Below, one piece after another: positions 9,388-18,885 of a stretch of DNA of 64,000 nucleotides. Position 1 is the first letter of the stretch, and each line of letters starts with the position of its first letter. This DNA is from a phage: the NCBI GenBank assembly GCA_019326865.1, contig GCA_019326865.1_4101.1; one strand, written 5' to 3'. A model generated the notes under the pieces. The model did no database searches. It saw nothing but the letters and a program-made list of their open reading frames with translations, and was not told the origin of the DNA. The position numbers and the translations under genes are program-made.

Positions 9388-10983
9388 GTGTTAGAAGAAA
9401 TCAAGAAGTTTTTATCAGAGAAAAATGTTCGTGGTGTTAAATCTGCTCTGCAAGCAAAATCTGTATACATTGAATTCCTGCGAGAGATGTTTGGTGATAT
9501 CGATCTTAATGAAATGATTTATATGGTATTGAATGATATTACTTCAGTGCCGAATGCTGAATGTGGTGACAAAGCTAAGTTTATAAGTATTACCGAAGGA
9601 TATTCTTACAAGTGCAATAAACCATTTCAAGGAAAAGGAAAATGCCTTATCTGTTGCTCCGCAGTTGCTAGGAAACGTAAAGAAACTTACAAAGAAAAAA
9701 CTGGTTATGATAACCCGGCACAGAATCCAGAAATTCAAAAGAAAATAGGGTATACCAATGAACAACGTTATGGCACTCGTATTGCTCAACAATCTGAACA
9801 AGTAAAGCAGAAATCAATAGAAACTAATATCAAAAAGTATGGCGTTGTTCATCCATCACAGTTGGAAAGTAATAAACAGCAACGTTTACAAACTGTACAA
9901 GAAAAGTATGGTATCAATAATGTATGGCAACTTAATAAAGGTCTTAGTGCACGTTATGAACAGTTTAAAACACGATTTGAACAGGATGGTAAATTTACTC
10001 TTTTAAGTGATGAATCCCATTATGATAATAGCAATGACGCAACTCATGCAATCATGCACTGGAAATGTAATGAATGTGGTAATGAGTTTGATAAAGTTGC
10101 TCTTTGCTTACGCTGCCCTAAGTGTGAACCATATTCATCCAGTACTGAAGAAGTTAATCTTTATAATTACATTACCTCTATCTATAGTGGTGTTGTTATT
10201 CAAAACAGCCGCAACATAATCAAAGGTAATGAAATTGATATTTTCATCCCAGAACTGAAACTTGGTATTGAGTTCAATGGTGAGTACTGGCATCGTGATG
10301 AAGTTCGTGGTAAAGACTATCATCAATCCAAATACTTCAAAATGAAGGAAGCAGGATACAAACTTATCACTATCTATAGTAATGAATGGTCAAATAAAAC
10401 TGAAATTGTTAAGAATCGTTTGAAAAGTTTGATTAGTGTGGATAGTAAAATCTATGCTCGTAAGTGTGAAGTTAGATTGGTTGTACATGAAGAATGTGAT
10501 AAATTTTTGTATGAACATCATATTCAAGGACCATGCCAATCATCAATCAAACTTGGACTTTACTATAATGATGATTTGGTTGCTTTGATGACATTTGGTG
10601 CACCACGATTTAACAAGCAGTATGAATATGAATTACTGCGTTATTGTTCTAAAGGAACAGTTGTTGGGGGTGCATCGAAACTGTTAAAACATTTTGAACG
10701 TATGTATCTTCCTAAATCTCTTCTTTCATACGCCGATATGAACTGGAGTACTGGTAATTTGTATGAAAAAATTGGTTTTACTTTAGAAGAAGTAACTCAA
10801 CCTGGTTATTTTTACTATGATAGAAAAAACGAAGTTGTTTATTCTCGCCATCAATGCCAAAAACAAAAACTTATTAAAAAATATAATTTTGATAGTTCTA
10901 TGACAGAGAAGGAAATGACAAAAGAATTAGGATACTTTAGAATCTATGATTGTGGTAACTTAGTTTATAAAAAGATTTACTAA
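9388..10983 (+). CDS. multi-domain putative nuclease, paralog 1 of 3 (Cys clusters, YGV repeats, Vsr/DUF559-like PD-(D/E)xK core, conserved C-terminal domain)
   Basis: GTG start with RBS ggaga 5 nt upstream; N-terminus VLEEIKKFLSEKN aligns with paralog 3 MIIDELKKFLKSKN; core motif IDIFIPELKLGIEFNGEYWH; C-terminal domain shared with 30327..31931 and 44978..46729. Confidence 0.7.
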   Translation: MLEEIKKFLSEKNVRGVKSALQAKSVYIEFLREMFGDIDLNEMIYMVLNDITSVPNAECGDKAKFISITEGYSYKCNKPFQGKGKCLICCSAVARKRKETYKEKTGYDNPAQNPEIQKKIGYTNEQRYGTRIAQQSEQVKQKSIETNIKKYGVVHPSQLESNKQQRLQTVQEKYGINNVWQLNKGLSARYEQFKTRFEQDGKFTLLSDESHYDNSNDATHAIMHWKCNECGNEFDKVALCLRCPKCEPYSSSTEEVNLYNYITSIYSGVVIQNSRNIIKGNEIDIFIPELKLGIEFNGEYWHRDEVRGKDYHQSKYFKMKEAGYKLITIYSNEWSNKTEIVKNRLKSLISVDSKIYARKCEVRLVVHEECDKFLYEHHIQGPCQSSIKLGLYYNDDLVALMTFGAPRFNKQYEYELLRYCSKGTVVGGASKLLKHFERMYLPKSLLSYADMNWSTGNLYEKIGFTLEEVTQPGYFYYDRKNEVVYSRHQCQKQKLIKKYNFDSSMTEKEMTKELGYFRIYDCGNLVYKKIY

Positions 10984-11000
10984 AATACGGGAGAATACGG

Positions 11001-11351
11001 ATGTTAACTGTATACAAATTTAACAAAGAAGAGTACTTAAAGAGTCAGTACTCAAATATAGAAATAAATGTTCCTTATGGTACGTTAGTTGGATATGATG
11101 AAGCCACTGAAACATTGTATTATAATGATGATAGATTGGATTATAGTTTAGATTCTTTCATAGAAGATATACTTAATACACAAACTGAAGATATGTTGTA
11201 TGAAGAATACATCGATCATTATAGAGAACGTATGTCGGTGCTGCATTCTGATGCTCCTGTACTAAACATAGCACAAGAACCATCGGAATTTCAGCCACAT
11301 AATCCTTTTCAACGTTTAATTGATATTGGTTTAAAATTCACTATTAGTTGA
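11001..11351 (+). CDS. hypothetical protein
   Basis: 116-aa ORF with RBS ggagaa upstream; no motif recognised. Confidence 0.4.
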   Translation: MLTVYKFNKEEYLKSQYSNIEINVPYGTLVGYDEATETLYYNDDRLDYSLDSFIEDILNTQTEDMLYEEYIDHYRERMSVLHSDAPVLNIAQEPSEFQPHNPFQRLIDIGLKFTIS

Positions 11352-11390
11352 TAGATAAATATCTCCATATTAATGATGGAGATTGAATCT

Positions 11391-11699
11391 ATGTCACAGA
11401 TATGTTATGTTATAATAAACTCTGCATGGCCTGACTATGTTAAGATTGGTTTCACTTCTAAATCTGAAATGACAGAGCGTTTGAGAACGTATCAGACAGC
11501 TACCCCGTTTCGTGATTTTGAAGTTTATCATGAAGTTCACTTTGAAGACGCACGTTTAGCTGAAAAAGAGATACATAAAAGGCTTAAACAAATGAATGCA
11601 ACTAGACAACCAAACACGGAGTGGTTTAAAATGTCTAAAAAAATAGCAGCAAACATCATTGATTCTGTGTGGGATGATATGGATAACGACTTGCTATAG
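11391..11699 (+). CDS. T5orf172 / GIY-YIG-superfamily-like small protein
   Basis: ICYVIINSAWPDYVKIGFT...RLRTYQTATP...EIHKRLK...EWFK fits the T5orf172 pattern as I recall it; RBS ggaga 9 nt before ATG 11391. Confidence 0.5.
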   Translation: MSQICYVIINSAWPDYVKIGFTSKSEMTERLRTYQTATPFRDFEVYHEVHFEDARLAEKEIHKRLKQMNATRQPNTEWFKMSKKIAANIIDSVWDDMDNDLL

Positions 11700-11739
11700 G
11701 AATAAATATAGTATATATTAATCATAAAGGGATTTATAC

Positions 11740-13335
11740 ATGAGCATAAGTTTTAATAACCCATTGGATACAATGACCAGTACTGGTGCTAATGGTTCTT
11801 TAGAATTAATAGTGCTTGGTGGTTCACCAACTAATCCAAGACCTATTCGTTTTAATTCGTCATCAGTCATTATACCAGTAAAAACATTACCTACTGGTGA
11901 GCAAGGTGCAATGGTTTTTGATAGAAATGAATTAGTTTTGAAGTATCATAACGGTACAAGTTGGGTTGCAGTATATGATACTGATACTATTTTGGAACCA
12001 ATTAGAATTTCATTGGATGAAGTAAATCGAAAATTAAATTTAAAAGTAGAAACCGTATCATATAGTAGCAGTGCTGTTCCAAGTGCAAGTATAAGTGGGA
12101 CTAATTTAAATATTGTATTCCCTACTGTAGCTACTGGCGGTTCAGGACCAACTGGACTTTACACTTCACTAAAACCTGGTGCTATTACACAATACGCATT
12201 GACATCTGGACAAAACGTTGCTAGTATACGTGAACAAATGTCGGGTCAAACCAATGGACAAAATGGTCGCAATGGCTCACAAGGTTCTCCGTGGAAAACA
12301 TCTGATGGTTGGTGTTTTGCTGATGGGATGTGGTGGCAATGGGAAGGCGAAAATGGTACAATTACTAAACAAGTACCAAACCTTAACAGAAACGCGTATT
12401 TAAAAGGAATATCCACATCAGGTGTAACTCAAATTGATGGTGTTATTAGTAGTAGTGGAAACATTAGCGGAACTGTTTTAAGTGTAGCACAGTTGCCATC
12501 TCACTCATTCAGTTTTAGTGGGACTACTAGTGCTGCTGGTCGTCATGGTCATAGTCAAGCACTAAAAGGTAATGACCGTAGTGGTCTAAATGCAATAACG
12601 TCGAGTAGAGATAATGGTATTCCAACTGTAATCAGTAATATTAATGAAGCACCTGACCACGTACACTCATTTAGTGGAAACACAAACACACTTGGTGGAA
12701 ATCAGCCACATTACCATAGCATTAGTAACGTTGATGTGGAACACTTTAACGTTGCATACCTATATAATATTGCTGAATCTAACGTTGCATTGAGCGAAAA
12801 AGTTGCAAATAAACGTTATGTACTGAAAACTGGTGATACAATGACTGGCTCATTGACTATTGCAAATAGTGCATCCATACAGTCAAATGATACATCATTA
12901 GTTCTTTATTTCCGTAATGCAAGTGGGGGCGAACGTGCAGCGGTATATCATAACTCATCAAACAACACCTTGAGATTACGTTCTGGTGGTGCAGAAGTAG
13001 CTGTAAACTCTTCGGGTAACTTGTCTGCTCCATCTTTAACTGTTTCTAATAACTCAGCTACTGTTGGTGGCAAAAATATTGTTCGTTCGATTAACGGAAA
13101 TGCAGCAGATGGTAATGGTAATGTGAATATTAAAATTGAAACTGGTGCAATTACTGCTATGAAATTTGGTGGTAAACAACAACTTAGTGTTTCTGATAAC
13201 ATATATCGTTCAGGATGGGTAATCACTGGTTGGGCAAATGGTGATAAAAAAGAACTACGTGGTGCTGGTTATTGGTCTGCTCCATTGTATTATTTGATTG
13301 GTAGTTCTTGGTACATCATCCCAACCGATAATTAA
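11740..13335 (+). CDS. putative tail fiber protein
   Basis: Ser/Thr/Gly/Asn-rich 531-aa protein containing KTGDTMTGSLTI, a motif recurrent in phage tail fibers. Confidence 0.5.
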   Translation: MSISFNNPLDTMTSTGANGSLELIVLGGSPTNPRPIRFNSSSVIIPVKTLPTGEQGAMVFDRNELVLKYHNGTSWVAVYDTDTILEPIRISLDEVNRKLNLKVETVSYSSSAVPSASISGTNLNIVFPTVATGGSGPTGLYTSLKPGAITQYALTSGQNVASIREQMSGQTNGQNGRNGSQGSPWKTSDGWCFADGMWWQWEGENGTITKQVPNLNRNAYLKGISTSGVTQIDGVISSSGNISGTVLSVAQLPSHSFSFSGTTSAAGRHGHSQALKGNDRSGLNAITSSRDNGIPTVISNINEAPDHVHSFSGNTNTLGGNQPHYHSISNVDVEHFNVAYLYNIAESNVALSEKVANKRYVLKTGDTMTGSLTIANSASIQSNDTSLVLYFRNASGGERAAVYHNSSNNTLRLRSGGAEVAVNSSGNLSAPSLTVSNNSATVGGKNIVRSINGNAADGNGNVNIKIETGAITAMKFGGKQQLSVSDNIYRSGWVITGWANGDKKELRGAGYWSAPLYYLIGSSWYIIPTDN

Positions 13336-13347
13336 TAGGAAAATAAT

Positions 13348-13890
13348 ATGCAAATTTATAAAGGATGGAAAGCTTATAAACCTAATCGTACTGAGGAAAA
13401 TGCAAATGGGATAGATGCAGGTGCTCTTTTCATTCAAGATGAAAATGGCAATGATTGGTATGATTTTATGAAATCACATGCTGATCGTAAAGACTTTTAT
13501 GTATTAGTTGATGAAGTAACTTCAGTTGTGATTGGATATGGTTATTCAGTTGTGGAAACATTTCCAATTGAAATGACATTGTGTATAGTAGAAGATATTA
13601 ATGAACTACCCGACGGTTTTTTAGAAAATCCAAAATACTTTGAACTCAAGAACGATAAGATAGTTTCTAGCAATGTTCTTAAGAAAGTAGAACTTGGATA
13701 TGCACTTGAATATGAGTTGGATTGGGTAAATTCAGAAATTAGTGTTCTAGCTGATGCTGAATTGTTTGAAGATCCTGAAGATCTTCCACCAATTCAAGAA
13801 CGTCTATTAAAACTTCGTCGTTATCGTTATGAACTCTCAAAAGTTGATCCTGAAGTAACTCCTGATTATGTTATACCAGCACGTCCTTAA
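13348..13890 (+). CDS. hypothetical protein (possible tail fiber assembly chaperone, by position)
   Basis: 180-aa ORF 12 nt after the fiber gene; positional inference only. Confidence 0.4.
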   Translation: MQIYKGWKAYKPNRTEENANGIDAGALFIQDENGNDWYDFMKSHADRKDFYVLVDEVTSVVIGYGYSVVETFPIEMTLCIVEDINELPDGFLENPKYFELKNDKIVSSNVLKKVELGYALEYELDWVNSEISVLADAELFEDPEDLPPIQERLLKLRRYRYELSKVDPEVTPDYVIPARP

Positions 13891-13900
13891 GGATTGAATG

Positions 13901-13938
13901 AAAACTGCTGCAAATTGTTTGTGGCAGTTTTTTATTTT
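13901..13938 (+). terminator. rho-independent terminator
   Basis: aaaactgctgcaaa / tttgtggcagtttt long stem (two G-U pairs) followed by ttatttt. Confidence 0.65.
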
Positions 13939-14046
13939 AATAGTTTATAGTTAAAAGAGTGTCTTGTAGAACAACTATCTTGTTTAACTTCATGCTAACC
14001 TATACAATGTTGCACCTGCCGTGTCAGAAAATTCATAGGATTTTTT

Positions 14047-14075
14047 TGGGACACTTTAAGAAGAACTGATATAAT
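14047..14075 (+). promoter_or_regulatory. promoter TGGGAC-N17-TGaTATAAT (extended -10)
   Basis: tgggac at 14047-14052, tgatataat at 14067-14075; member of a recurrent promoter family in this window. Confidence 0.55.
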
Positions 14076-14111
14076 ATAGTCATTCCACAATGTTCCTTAT
14101 GGAATGACTAT
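14076..14111 (+). promoter_or_regulatory. 11-bp inverted repeat immediately downstream of the promoter (operator or 5' leader hairpin)
   Basis: atagtcattcc ... ggaatgactat perfect inverted repeat starting right after the -10 element. Confidence 0.4.
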
Positions 14112-14149
14112 ATTTGATTATATAATTTATCACATGGAGATATACAAAA

Positions 14150-14452
14150 ATGGCTAAATCTAAAAAAGAAGTTAAAGTAGAAATTCGTGATCTAAACGAT
14201 GAACAACGTAAACGCCTCGGAGATGCACTTAATAACATTGTTGTACAACTTACTTTCATTGATGATACCAAAGCATCCTTGTCAGATTTTGTTTCTAGTA
14301 TTTCAGATGAACTAGGTATCAATGCATCTGATATCAAGCAAGCTGCACAGCGTATGTATAAAGGTGATTACTTTGATAAACAAAGCAAACTAGATAACAT
14401 CGAAACTATCCTAAGTGTTACTAATAATCTACCACAAGCAGATGATTACTAA
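14150..14452 (+). CDS. hypothetical protein
   Basis: 100-aa ORF with RBS ggaga; precedes the DNA polymerase gene. Confidence 0.45.
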   Translation: MAKSKKEVKVEIRDLNDEQRKRLGDALNNIVVQLTFIDDTKASLSDFVSSISDELGINASDIKQAAQRMYKGDYFDKQSKLDNIETILSVTNNLPQADDY

Positions 14453-14475
14453 TTTCTAATAAAATATATTAAATG

Positions 14476-14503
14476 GCCTCCAGTGACGGAGGCTTTCTTT
14501 TTA
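14476..14503 (+). terminator. hairpin plus T-run (gcctcc-agtgac-ggaggc tttcttttt)
   Basis: Inverted repeat followed by a T-rich tract; the polymerase gene begins ~30 nt later, so this may attenuate rather than terminate. Confidence 0.55.
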
Positions 14504-14531
14504 ACTTAATAAACGTAAGGGAATATAAACG

Positions 14532-17500
14532 ATGTATATCGATGCTTATATGGAACGTAAACGTACTGGTGATATTCTTCATGTTGTGGAACGTAAAAAT
14601 GGTAAACGCATTCTACGTGAATTGGACCCAGTATATGAATATTATGTTGAATCACCACAAGGAACACATAAAACTGTTTATGGTACAATGGCTAAACATT
14701 TTGAGTTTCAAACCCAAGCTCAAATGAATAAAAGTGTAGAGAAACACAAAAATGAAGGTCTACGTATTTTTGAAAGTGATTGTAATATCATATTCAAAAC
14801 CTTAGCTAAAGAATATATGGGGAAAGGTTCACCAGATTTGAATATCGTATTCTTCGATATTGAAACTGACTTCCATAAGAAATTTGGTTATGCTCCACCA
14901 TCGGACCCATTTAACCGCGTAACTGCCATTTCTTTATATCAATCATGGACTGGCAAAGATTATGTACTTACTTTACCACCAGTTGATATGGAAATTTATG
15001 AAGCACAAGATATTGTTCGTAAGCTAAATGAAGAAACAAATGATCCTAACAGTACTGTGATTCTATATACAGACGAAAAGGAAATGTTTATGGAATTCTT
15101 TAGTTTAATTGATGACTCTGATGTTATTTCAGGATGGAATAGTGAATTTTTTGATATTCCATATATGATCAATCGAACTAAAAAAATCTTCAATGAAGCA
15201 ACGACTGCTCGTTGGTGTTTATGGAATAAAAAACCAAATTCACGTGAAGCCGATAACTTTGGAAAAACTGTACAAACTTATGATCTGGTAGGACGTGTTC
15301 ATCTAGATTACTTGGCTTTGTATAAAAAACATGCTGGGCAAGTTGAACAATCTTATAAACTAGATTATATTGCTGAAAAAGTAACAAAAGAAAATAAAGT
15401 ATCTTATGAAGGTTCATTGGATAAACTTTATAGAGAAGATTACATTACTTTCTTGCGTTATTCTAAACAGGATAGTATTCTTCTTAAAAAGATTGATGCT
15501 AAATGTGACTACATCAACCTACATAATCGTCTTGCACATAAAGAGTGTGTACTTATTAGTACAACAATGGGTTCAGTAGCACTAATCGACACTGCTATTA
15601 TTAACTTAGCACATAGCCGTGGTGAAGTTGTTTTTAACAAAGCACCTAAAGACGATGTTGAGTTTGATCCAGAAATGGAATATTATAGTGAAGATGGTGA
15701 AGATGAAGAAGAGAAAATCAGTGCAAAAGCCGCAGGTGCATGGGTACAAGATCCAGTTTTGGGACTTGTAAGTGACCTTGGATGTACTGACTTTAACTCT
15801 CTTTATCCTACAGTTCTACGTACATTGGGAATGAGCACAGAATGTATTCTTGGTCAATTACGTCAAGATTATACGGATGCGTATCTTGCAGCTAAAATTC
15901 AGGAACAGAAAAATAAATCCAAATCTAGATCATTTGAACCAGACTGGACTGCCGCATGGCATGGTTTGTTTGCTGCTGTTGAGTTCACTATGGTTCATGA
16001 AAAGTCAGAAGAAACATTGATTGTAGATTTAGAAGATGGGAGTTCTTTTAAAGCAACTGGAAAAGAACTATATGATATTATTTTTGCAGAAGATAGTACT
16101 ATTGTTCTAAGTGCAAATGGAACCTTGTTTGATAAATCAAAATCTGGTGTAATTCCAGATATTCTTACACAATGGTATTCTGAACGTAAAGCTCAACAAA
16201 AAATGGTTATTGATTACAAACATATGTGTACTGATGGTTGGGAGTTTAATGGTCATGAAAAAGTTGAACCACTATTGACAAACTATACCCCAGGAACTAT
16301 GTTTAGAACTAATATCCATGATAACGATCCTGTATACTTACTTCGCAAAGAAATTGGCAAAGGACAATGGGATGAAGTTGCTAAGTTGATTGTAGAAAAT
16401 GGATTAGTACTTAAAGATGGTCGCATTTACTGTCCTAAAGAAGAAAAAGATTACTTCAAGCAACGTAGTGCTTTCTGGAAACAGAACCAACAGATTCGTA
16501 AAATTCTTCTAAACAGTCTATATGGTGCACTACTGAACAAAGGTTCTCGTTTCTTTGATAAGCGTTTGGGTCAATCTGTCACATTAACTGGTCGTTCGAT
16601 GACTAAGCATATGGCAAGTCGTATCAATGAAATTACAACTGGTGTATATATTCATCACGGCGGTTCTGTGATCTATGGGGACACTGACTCTGTGTACTTT
16701 AGTGTAACGCATTATCTAAAAGAACAAGGCATTCCATATAATTTATCTAAAGAAGAAATTGTTGATATGTATATTAAAATTGGTGAAGAAGTTGGTGAAT
16801 CTTTTCCATCATTTATGCATCAAATGTTCAACACTGGTATTGAAAAAGGTAAGATTGTTGGGGCAGACCTTGAGATGGTTGGTTCCCGTGGATTATTCTT
16901 GAAGAAAAAACGTTATGCAATTTTGAAGTACTGGGAAGATGGATTTCGCAAAGATATTGATGGTAAACCTGGTGAAATCAAAGCTATGGGTCTTGAAATT
17001 AAACGTTCAGATACACCAAAATACATCCAGAACTTCCTAGAAGAGACTCTAATTGCACTACTGGTAGGTGAGAATGAACAACAGTTAAAACAGCGTGTAC
17101 GTGCTTTTAAGGACGTATTTAAAGATATGCCTGTGCATGAAAAAGGCTCACCAAAAACTGTAAAAAACTACACAAATTTAGAGGCCGAATATCAACTAAC
17201 AGGTAAGTGTAAGGTTGGGCACGTTCTTGCTGGTATTCAATGGAACCGCTTACGTGAAGTTTATGATGATAAAACTGTCCCAGAAGTAACTGATGGAACA
17301 AAAGTAATTGTTTGTAACTTAAAAGATAATCCAATGGGGATTAAAGCAGTTGGTTATCCAATTGACTGTGTTGAGTATCTACCTGAATGGTTCTTAGAAC
17401 TACCATTTGACACTGAAAAAATGGAAGAGATTGTTCTAACTAAAAAATTAGAGAATATTTTTGGTATTTTAGATATGGATATTGGTATTCATGAAAAAAG

Positions 17501-17537
17501 TACTGCATCAGTAAACAATGGATTCTTCACTTGGTAA
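14532..17537 (+). CDS. gp43: DNA polymerase, family B (T4 gp43-like)
   Basis: Exo I motif FFDIETD; polymerase motif A TDFNSLYPTV (DxxSLYPS); motif C YGDTDSV; 1001 aa. Confidence 0.9.
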   Translation: MYIDAYMERKRTGDILHVVERKNGKRILRELDPVYEYYVESPQGTHKTVYGTMAKHFEFQTQAQMNKSVEKHKNEGLRIFESDCNIIFKTLAKEYMGKGSPDLNIVFFDIETDFHKKFGYAPPSDPFNRVTAISLYQSWTGKDYVLTLPPVDMEIYEAQDIVRKLNEETNDPNSTVILYTDEKEMFMEFFSLIDDSDVISGWNSEFFDIPYMINRTKKIFNEATTARWCLWNKKPNSREADNFGKTVQTYDLVGRVHLDYLALYKKHAGQVEQSYKLDYIAEKVTKENKVSYEGSLDKLYREDYITFLRYSKQDSILLKKIDAKCDYINLHNRLAHKECVLISTTMGSVALIDTAIINLAHSRGEVVFNKAPKDDVEFDPEMEYYSEDGEDEEEKISAKAAGAWVQDPVLGLVSDLGCTDFNSLYPTVLRTLGMSTECILGQLRQDYTDAYLAAKIQEQKNKSKSRSFEPDWTAAWHGLFAAVEFTMVHEKSEETLIVDLEDGSSFKATGKELYDIIFAEDSTIVLSANGTLFDKSKSGVIPDILTQWYSERKAQQKMVIDYKHMCTDGWEFNGHEKVEPLLTNYTPGTMFRTNIHDNDPVYLLRKEIGKGQWDEVAKLIVENGLVLKDGRIYCPKEEKDYFKQRSAFWKQNQQIRKILLNSLYGALLNKGSRFFDKRLGQSVTLTGRSMTKHMASRINEITTGVYIHHGGSVIYGDTDSVYFSVTHYLKEQGIPYNLSKEEIVDMYIKIGEEVGESFPSFMHQMFNTGIEKGKIVGADLEMVGSRGLFLKKKRYAILKYWEDGFRKDIDGKPGEIKAMGLEIKRSDTPKYIQNFLEETLIALLVGENEQQLKQRVRAFKDVFKDMPVHEKGSPKTVKNYTNLEAEYQLTGKCKVGHVLAGIQWNRLREVYDDKTVPEVTDGTKVIVCNLKDNPMGIKAVGYPIDCVEYLPEWFLELPFDTEKMEEIVLTKKLENIFGILDMDIGIHEKSTASVNNGFFTW

Positions 17538-17692
17538 GGAGTTAGATAATATGGTTATTGTAAATGAAATCGAACTAAATTATGATGAAGTAAACGACAC
17601 TTTCACCAATGCAGTATTGAACATTACTGAAGAAAGTGTAAATGATGCATGGGAAAAATATGTAGAATGGGCTGCATTACAAGGTAAAAATA

Positions 17693-17989
17693 ATGAGTAA
17701 TATATATAAGCGTATTGGAGAAGTTCTGGAAGGTAATGGTATCATTAATTCAGTTCTAGCATACGATAATAATGAAGAGATGGTTCTAATTGGTGCTGGC
17801 TTTACCCGCACTGGCTCGGTGGAAGTTGATGGCGAAATTGCTGATATCTACACTATTGTGAAAAAGCGTAACGTTGTTTTTGTGGATGATGTATATACAT
17901 TAAAAGACTTGGCAAATTTACGCAATAAAATTGGCATGAGTTCCACTATTGATAAACCTTATCTTAAACGTTGGAACACAAAATTCTGA
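17693..17989 (+). CDS. hypothetical protein
   Basis: 98-aa ORF between polymerase and clamp-like gene; no motif recognised. Confidence 0.35.
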   Translation: MSNIYKRIGEVLEGNGIINSVLAYDNNEEMVLIGAGFTRTGSVEVDGEIADIYTIVKKRNVVFVDDVYTLKDLANLRNKIGMSSTIDKPYLKRWNTKF

Positions 17990-18088
17990 TAAAAAATGAG
18001 ACAAGCATCATTTTTGAGATATAATGGTGCTTGTAGTAATCTGACATAAACACATTTTTGATTAACAAATAGAACGGAGAATTATATA

Positions 18089-18820
18089 ATGGATCTACGC
18101 AACGTATTACGTGACCTTGTAAACACAACCAGTGGTATTGACTTCTCTTGTATTGCTGTAAGTAGTGAAGACCGTGGTGAAGGGCAACGTGTATATCTAG
18201 AAGCGTACACAGATGACCGAACTCTAGTGATGCGAGCATATACTAAAGAGGATGTTCCTGAAGTTCAGGGTCGCTTTGGGTTAGGAAATCTAGGTCTTCT
18301 TCAGGGTCTAATGTCTCTAAAAACATACAGTACTGAAGGAACAACAATCACGTCAAATGTCAAAGACGGATCTGTAAAAAGTCTAGCATTTAAATCTGAA
18401 GATGCAAGCACTACATTTATGGTACAAGCTGAAAAACTTATTCCAGTACAACCACGTTTTCATGAACAACCATATGACGTACAGGTTATTCCTAGTGCAG
18501 CAAAAGTTCAAGAACTAAAGAGTTTTTCTGGTGTATTTAAATCATTCAGTTCTCTCGTAACTCCGTATACTGATGGTGACACACTATACTTTCACGTTGG
18601 TGAGAAAAACAAAAGCAACCACGTTGGTTCACTAGCTTTTTCTAAAACTGATGGAGAATTGGGACTTGGATTTGGATATAATATTGATCGAGTACTTCAA
18701 GCACTATCTCGTGTCTCTAATGCTGAATCTGTATCACTTGGTATCACAAAAACTGGTATGTTAAATGTCACACTAGATACTGGAATTGCTGTATACAAAT
18801 TTTATGTAACTGGTTGCTAA
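18089..18820 (+). CDS. gp45: sliding clamp (T4 gp45-like), tentative
   Basis: N-terminus LRDLVNTTSGI resembles T4 gp45 LKNFATINSGI; similar length (243 vs 228 aa) and location next to the polymerase. Confidence 0.5.
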   Translation: MDLRNVLRDLVNTTSGIDFSCIAVSSEDRGEGQRVYLEAYTDDRTLVMRAYTKEDVPEVQGRFGLGNLGLLQGLMSLKTYSTEGTTITSNVKDGSVKSLAFKSEDASTTFMVQAEKLIPVQPRFHEQPYDVQVIPSAAKVQELKSFSGVFKSFSSLVTPYTDGDTLYFHVGEKNKSNHVGSLAFSKTDGELGLGFGYNIDRVLQALSRVSNAESVSLGITKTGMLNVTLDTGIAVYKFYVTGC

Positions 18821-18829
18821 TATAAATAA

Positions 18830-18850
18830 CGGGGAACAAGTTGTTCCCCG
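18830..18850 (+). terminator. hairpin after clamp gene (ggggaac / gttcccc)
   Basis: 7-bp GC-rich stem; downstream tract only moderately T-rich. Confidence 0.4.
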
Positions 18851-18885
18851 AATTAGTTTGATTTAAAAGTAAAGGAATACAAAAA

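Noticed and set aside
17518-17700. Listed 60-aa ORF overlapping the 3' end of the polymerase gene
   Set aside because: Only ~49 aa remain if started at the RBS-supported ATG 17552, with no recognisable motif; too short and unsupported to report as a feature.
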